Assembly: GCA_964016885.1 (NCBI GenBank)
Contig: OZ024741.1
Coordinates: 69,068,001-69,132,000, forward strand
Direction of reading: 5' to 3'
Source of the DNA: Eledone cirrhosa
Taxonomy: Eukaryota
Length of the DNA: 64,000 nt
Positions 56,967 to 64,000 of the stretch are shown one piece after another. Numbering within the stretch: position 1 is the first letter of the stretch; every line of letters begins with the position of its first letter. The notes beneath the pieces are model-generated. The model was given only the letters and a program-made list of their open reading frames with translations, did not search any database and was not told the DNA's origin. Made by a program: the position numbers and the translations under genes.

Positions 56967-57913
56967 TTATAGAGACTTGTAATTTTAGCGTATTTTTCGG
57001 GTTGAAACTAGCTGTATCTTTGAAAAGCCATAGACTCGCATAGAAATGTTATTCCACCTTACCTATTAGTGTTGTACACAGTTGGAAATAATGTTTACTT
57101 GGATAGGAAAGGAGGGGCAGTGATATAATGTTATAATGTTCCTTTGAAAATAGGGTGAAAGGATTTGGAAAAAATATAATTGCAATACCAGACATAGGAT
57201 TTAAAGGAACATTATTTTCACTTTACTACAATTGATACCAGTATGTACCCCATAATCATTTCTTCCCTTACCCTTCCTTGGGCAAATATCTTCTACTATA
57301 GCCTCAAATTGACAAATGCCTGTCTTGTAAGAGGAATTTGTTAGACGGAAACTATAGAAACTCGTCGTTGTTTCTCATTTATTCTCTTTATATACACCGA
57401 AACCGGAGTGATTTCTAGAGGTCAACTGAGGAGATGGAACTGTAGGTCTTTCCGTTATTTATTTTTTATTGTCTTTGTCGTCTGCGCTCACTATTTTGAA
57501 TATATATATTTTGTTTCCATCTAGAGCACACATTTTTCTTTGAAATAGGGGCTTTGTATTATATACAATATATTGTGTTATTCTCTTGGATATTTGGTCC
57601 CTGCTCCCCTCCTCTCTCTCTCTCTCTATATATATATTTTATTTTGGAATTATTATAGTTCTGGACAAAGTCTATTGAGCTTTTTTACTGAGAAGCACAA
57701 AAACCAAACATATTTGATATGTTTTGATGCTTCATATTTGTATGTATATATATATATATAATGTTTATGTCTGTATTACTGTCTCGTAACGTAGCGGTTC
57801 CACAAAAGAGATCGATAAAACAAATAGCAGACTTGAACAAATAAGTACCGGCGTCGATATGATTGACTACAATCAGTATGGTCGCAGTCTAATTGCGCGG
57901 CAAATACTGTTGG

Positions 57914-57946
<33 letters not shown>

Positions 57947-58024
57947 TATTGAAGTTTCCGTTGAAAATTGAAAAAGTCAGTTACAGAGCTAAATATTTAA
58001 TGTATAATAAACAATACAGTATAA

Positions 58025-58098
58025 TTACCTCATTACCAGAGGTTTCCCGAATAAGACGAATACAAGAAACGTCCGCATTCGTTCATCAGACAAGGCAA
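58025..58098 (-). ncRNA. Type I hammerhead ribozyme
   Basis: Reverse complement: TTGCCTTGT-CTGATGA-ACGAATGCGGACG..CGTCTTATTCGG-GAAA-CCTCTGG-TA-ATGAGGTAA; 9-bp stem I with GU pairs. Confidence 0.7.
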
Positions 58099-58200
58099 AT
58101 TTTATGATTATATAAAGCGATGAAATATCACTGTTGAAGGAGTATTTTTTTCATATGTAACCCATGTGCAACCACGCAGCACTCAATTCTTCTCATGTTT

Positions 58201-58231
<31 letters not shown>

Positions 58232-58302
58232 AGTAGTAACACAACAGTTAGCTCACCATACCGAGAATAATTGTTTCACCTTAAGCGGATCTTCAGCTTG
58301 GA

Positions 58303-58354
<52 letters not shown>

Positions 58355-58390
58355 ATGATATTAAATAAATGGAAACTATAATACCATATT

Positions 58391-58454
58391 TATTTTATTA
58401 TATATATTTCTAGGGTACCAAGACAACATTGGTACGCTTTCATCAGGTAAAATA
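58391..58454 (-). ncRNA. Type I hammerhead ribozyme, same family as 59343
   Basis: Reverse complement: TATTTTAC-CTGATGA-AAGCGTACCAA..TTGGTACCCTA-GAAA-TATATA-TA-ATAAAATA. Confidence 0.65.
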
Positions 58455-58662
58455 CAAAGTTTGTTTTATAAATAGAGACATACCCATGAAAATCATACCT
58501 TATCGGTTGGAAATTCACTATATATATATGAAAAGATTCAGGACCCCGACGGCTGAACTCCGGCCGTTTCGACAGCTAGATCATATTACCCATTTTATTA
58601 CCTTAAGTATCGAGTACTCTGGTGAGTAATGGTCTAGTTGGTCTTTACCATATCCTATCTGG

Positions 58663-58711
<49 letters not shown>

Positions 58712-58794
58712 ATTCGCCTGCTTCTCACAGGCTCTAATGTGAGAAGCAAGCGAAACTCCAGAGCAACAAGACCGACTATTTAGCTGTAATAAAA

Positions 58795-58832
<38 letters not shown>

Positions 58833-58896
58833 AATGAAGTAATTCCGTCGGAAAAGTCCAGGAAAAAAGAGTGCTCTATGTAGGTAACAGAGCTTA

Positions 58897-59070
58897 ATAG
58901 TTATGTAATAAACAACATAAGGCAATTATTTCATTTACCAGTGGTTTCTTAAAAGCAAAAAAATTTTGCTTTCAATCAGGATTTTTTCATTCTGATGATT
59001 GAAAGCAACATTTTTTTGCTTTTAAGAAACCACTGGTAAATGAAATAATTGCCTTATGTTGTTTATTACA

Positions 59071-59077
<7 letters not shown>
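58897..59077. repeat. ~180-bp fold-back palindrome
   Basis: ATAGTTATGTAATAAACAACATAAGGC.. / ..GCCTTATGTTGTTTATTACATAACTAT. Confidence 0.92.
58985..59045 (+). ncRNA. Type I hammerhead ribozyme
   Basis: TTTCATT-CTGATGA-TTGAAAGCAA..TTGCTTTTAA-GAAA-CCACTGG-TA^-AATGAAA; stems I (7 bp), II and III all pair. Confidence 0.8.
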
Positions 59078-59099
<22 letters not shown>

Positions 59100-59106
<7 letters not shown>

Positions 59107-59455
59107 ATATATTAATAAATGGAAACTATATTTATAAAACCATATTCATTTTATATATATTTGAAGGGCAACCAAGGCAAATTATGGTGCACTTTCATCA
59201 GATAAAATACAGATTTGTTTTATAAATAAATATTGACATACCCGGTAAAAAGACAACCTTAACGGTTGGAGCTTCCAGGAAGCTCCAACCGTTAAGGTTG
59301 TCTTTTTTCAGAGTGTCAATATTTATTTATAAAACAAATCTGTATTTTATCTGATGAAAGCGCACCATAATTTGCCTTGGTTGCCCTTGAAATATATATA
59401 ATAAAATAAAATTGGTTTTATAAATATAGTTTCCATTTATTAATATATTGTGTAT
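59100..59455. repeat. ~355-bp palindrome centred at 59277
   Basis: AACGGTTGGAGCTTCC-A-GGAAGCTCCAACCGTT centre; arms match out to ATACACAATATATTAATAAATGG. Confidence 0.92.
59343..59408 (+). ncRNA. Type I hammerhead ribozyme
   Basis: TATTTTAT-CTGATGA-AAGCGCACCA..TGGTTGCCCTT-GAAA-TATATA-TA^-ATAAAATA; 8-bp stem I, palindromic stem III. Confidence 0.75.
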
Positions 59456-59539
59456 TTACTCCACTAATTTGTTGAGTGCTTTATATCAGTTATAAAACAT
59501 TTTAAGCTTGTTGAATCCCAACAAATTAAATATAACCTC

Positions 59540-59573
<34 letters not shown>

Positions 59574-59804
59574 GAGGTTATATTTTTTTTCTTTCTCTTT
59601 TCCTTTTTTCTTTCTCTTTTCCTTTTTTCTTTTTCCATACTCCAACGGCCTATTTTAAATCTACTGTGATTTAAACATATCCGACACTAATTTGCATAAT
59701 AGACTAAATAAATTTAATAACCCCACTATCCGGGAGCTTCCAACAGAAATGGTCGCATTCTTTAAGGGTATATCAATATTTATTTATAAAACTGATCTAT
59801 ATTA

Positions 59805-59869
59805 TATTTTATCTGATGAAAGCGCACCATAATTTGACTTGGTGTCCTTGAAATATGTATAATGAAATA
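59805..59869 (+). ncRNA. Type I hammerhead ribozyme, diverged paralog of 59343-59408
   Basis: TATTTTAT-CTGATGA-AAGCGCACCA..TGGTGTCCTT-GAAA-TATGTA-TA-ATGAAATA. Confidence 0.7.
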
Positions 59870-59903
59870 AATATGGTTTTATAAATATAGTTTCCATTTA
59901 TTA

Positions 59904-59935
<32 letters not shown>

Positions 59936-60047
59936 TGTATATATTAATGGAAACATGTGTGTGTGTATATAATATACACGTTTCCATTAATATGTCCACC
60001 GTTGCTAGACATGTATAGATGTCTGCTGTTTCATTAACTAAAGTAAT

Positions 60048-60101
<54 letters not shown>

Positions 60102-61600
60102 CTTCAAATATATATATATATATTGTGTGTGTGTGTGTGTGGAAAAGAAACGACTGAGAAATTCGACAAAAAACAAAACATAACGGAGAATGAAAAAAAA
60201 AATAGGCGAAAAGTTGACGAAGGAAAGACAGGTGGAAATGTAACGATAGGTAGAGAGAGAGAGAGAAAGGCAAGATATGCGTGTGTGTTTTATCGATGAG
60301 TCACCGCTGTCATTTCCAGACTTTAGCCTTCTCTTCGCTCGTTTTTTTGTTGTTGTTATTGTTGAGTGTTTGGAGATGGAGGGGATTCCGTGTATGGAAC
60401 TGAATTAACTGGAAGGAACAAACACAAATGACTGGATAAATAAATGATAGGTGTATGTATGTATGTATGTGTGTGTGTGTGTGTGATATAAGTAGTAGTG
60501 TTGAGCGAGAAGCACACACATAGTGAGAGGGGGAGAGAGAGTGTGTGTGTGAGAGATATGAATAGTAGTGATGAGGAGCCATAAACACACAGTGAGAGAG
60601 GGGGAGAAAGAGAGAGAAAGTGAGTGAAGAGAAGGAGGTATAAGAAATTGATATGAAAAATGAGATGCTGTGTGTGTGTGTGTGTTTAATTGGGGGATGT
60701 AATAGATAGATTGATATACTAAAAGATATTAGAGGGTAGTAATGTAGTAAAGAGAGAGAGAGAAATATTAAAATTGAACATTGAAGGTGGACGGGGAGAT
60801 AATAAAAAGATAGTAGGAAGAGAGGGAGAGTAAATGAGACGAAGTTAAAGAGGGTTACTTTATATTTCAATTGAAGGACGGATAGAAATAGTGAGTGAGT
60901 TTAAGAGAGAAGTAAGAGATAGTAAGGGTGAGAGATAGAGAGGACTGAGGAGATTGACAGAGAAAGAGAAATAGTGAGTTTAAGAGAGAGGCAAGAGATA
61001 GTAAGAGTGAGTGAGAGAGAGATGAAGATAGAGAGAGGTCTGAAGAGATTGACAGAGAGAGAGTGAAAGAAAGAAAGAGAGAGAGAGATGGAGGGTGAAG
61101 GTTTGAATTAGTTGAACTCTAAAAGAGTGACCGAGACTGAGAAAGAGAGGGGATTTGAATTTATAGACGGGAAAACGAGGAAATAAATACAAAAGAGGGT
61201 TATATATAGAGATCTAGCAATTTGAAAGAAAGAAGCAGAGAACGAGAGAGAGATTCTAAATTTATAGAATTAAAAATCAGAAACAAAATAATATTTCTAA
61301 ATGTATTTTTATTAAAGTGAATGTTGTTCTTTTATTTATTTCACATTTTGATTTCTATAGCTTCATGTTTTTCTTTACAAGTTTTATGAGTCAAGTTAAT
61401 CCGTTAATGTAAGTCCATGCGTGAGGTAATCGACTATAAAATCTCTCTATATCACGTAATAACACTCATGCAAACACACATTGGTGATTACTTATATATA
61501 TATATATATACACACACATACATACACATATGTATATATTATATATATACACATACACATGTATATATTATATACATACACATGTATATATTATATACAT

Positions 61601-61631
<31 letters not shown>

Positions 61632-61809
61632 GAAAAAAAATATATATATATACATACATACCCCCCCCCCCCACATATATACATACACACACAAATATAT
61701 AGACAGGGTGTCCCTCAAAAATATATACACATTGATTAGAATGCTGTTGAAGTGTGTATACACTTTTTGGGTACACCGTATTTTGCATGTGTTCGTTTTG
61801 TTATTCTTG

Positions 61810-61863
<54 letters not shown>

Positions 61864-62101
61864 ACTTTCTAACATACATTTCTGATAACACACGTGCGTG
61901 TGTGCGCGCGCGTATTACTTACTGACTGATACACTCGCATAATAATTAGAAACTTGTATGTACTATGTAATTATATAATTATATATTTATTTCATTACAT
62001 AATTGATTTATAATGATATAATATGTGTTTGTTTCGAATATAATTATATAATTTTGCCTGTGTTTGTGTGGATGTGTATTTATATATATGCATGTGTGTG
62101 C

Positions 62102-62143
<42 letters not shown>

Positions 62144-62165
62144 CACACACATATATACGCATATA

Positions 62166-62208
<43 letters not shown>

Positions 62209-62211
62209 GTC

Positions 62212-62250
<39 letters not shown>

Positions 62251-62259
62251 GTCTATGTG

Positions 62260-62296
<37 letters not shown>

Positions 62297-62315
62297 GTCT
62301 ATGTGTATATGTATA

Positions 62316-62376
<61 letters not shown>

Positions 62377-62395
62377 GTCTATGTGTATATGTATG

Positions 62396-62452
<57 letters not shown>

Positions 62453-63186
62453 CTGTGTGTGTGTGTGTGTATATATATACGTATGTGTAATCAAGTAAGT
62501 TCTCCCTCTCCACCATTATGCACTAGGAACACCAGAAAAGTTTAAGGCAGTCGATTTAGCAAAGTCGTCAGAGCGTTGGATATTTGTTCTGGGTCTCTGC
62601 ATTCTGAGTTCAAATCTCGCCGAGGTCCATTTTATTTTGCCTTTCATCCTTTCGTGGTCGATAAAAAAAGTACCAGCATAGTGCTGGTGCAGCCCTCTTT
62701 TCCTCCAGCTGTCATATCCTGTAGGTTCCGCTGGATCAAAGGAAGGGAGATAGGGTCGAGATGATATCTCCTTACTGGCGACATAAAACAGCAAGTCTGA
62801 AGAGAAGAGCCCTCACCTCAAGCGAGTGTTTCGGCCCTTTACTACCAAGTCATACTCATTGCGAATGACGGCTGCAATTTATATATGTATACACACATAC
62901 ATATCCGTATGTGTTTCATGGCTGAGAGAAAAGAGTACTCAATACCGAAGCAGAGTTTAAATATTCATTTTATTTAGGCTAAATAGTGTTTCGCCTGTTT
63001 ATCACAGGTTCATCAGACACGTTCATGCCTCACTATTCAGCCTTTATAAAATTCACACACACACACACACCATGTGTTTAGCTGGCTCCCTGTATCAAGA
63101 AAAGAAATTCTTTTTCGGAGAAATTATTGGATTCTTCCAAATTTAAAGGTTTTTTGTTTATTTTTGCAGTGTTTTTATAGGTTTTT

Positions 63187-63246
63187 ACTGTCTGAAGAGC
63201 TCAGGCTTTCATAACTGATAGTCCTCAGTGAAATATGTATAACGGT
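63187..63246 (+). ncRNA. Type I hammerhead ribozyme (CUGAAGA core)
   Basis: ACTGT-CTGAAGA-GCTCAGG..CCTCAGT-GAAA-TATGTA-TA-ACGGT. Confidence 0.65.
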
Positions 63247-64000
63247 GTTTTAAATAATCCTGAATCAACTGAATATGGCCTCCGATCTTTTACACATACA
63301 TACACATATCCGTTGAGTTTGTTTAACATTACCTATTGAGTACGCTGAGATGCAACCGGTCTTAGCAGTGATACCTATGCTAGTTCCGTCAACTTTTAGA
63401 GTCCAGGATTGGCTGAGTGGGTAACGAATTGGATTCACAATCGTGAGGCTGTGAGTTCGATTCCTGGACCGGGCAATGCGTTATGTCCTTGAGCAAGACA
63501 CTTTATTTCACGTTGATCCTTCTACCTGGAGTTGCGATCGATAGATAGTATTAGCAATTTGAAAAACTAACGGAAACATTGTTTCTTCGGTCCGATTTGA
63601 CGAAAGTCGATCGACTGTCGATACATATATATATATACCAAAATAACAGGATATATGAACAATCATACAAACTGGGAAATGAATTTTGATAAATTAATGG
63701 CTTGCATAAGAGAAAACAGTTTATTTCGACTACTGACATGGAGTAGAAGTGATTTATGATGAGAATTATATTTCAATAATTTATTTCTAGGATATAATTT
63801 CATAAATGTTCAACATATATGGAAGGTGTCCCGTGAAGAAGACTGGCTGTTGTAGTGGGTGTCCCTGGCCATTCTCCGCAGAAGTGCCTTGACCATGTTT
63901 TCTCCAGGGCGCAGCTGAAACATACCACTTAGGGGTATTGTCTGACGCCTCTCTTTTCCTTTTCTTTCGTTACTTAATTTTTGACAACGCTTTATACACG

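Noticed and set aside
57385-57460. GAAACCGG upstream of CTGAGGA (permuted hammerhead)
   Set aside because: No NUH triplet, and stem II cannot close

Overview
AT-rich, microsatellite-saturated eukaryotic DNA, mostly intergenic or intronic. The repeat content (RTE LINEs, tRNA-derived CORE-type and other SINEs, very long (TA)n/(CA)n tracts) suggests a cephalopod such as an octopus; this is inference only. Nearly all ORFs in the supplied track are microsatellite artefacts. The real coding content is transposon-derived: several RTE LINE copies (one with a PHD-like finger after the RT), a deleted Tx1/L1-type LINE sitting in (GATA)n, a near-complete CR1/L2-group LINE whose ORF1 has two CCCH zinc fingers, and a Penelope GIY-YIG fragment. 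There is one plausible host first coding exon with a signal peptide (23102-23213, +) followed by a candidate 10-nt microexon. The most notable feature is a highly structured 310-bp tandem repeat (30789-31520) with copies identical by eye, carrying a type I hammerhead ribozyme per unit, like a retrozyme or circular-RNA cassette. About ten more hammerhead-like motifs of several families occur in short TA-flanked, often fold-back islands, mainly at 58-60 kb and 63 kb.
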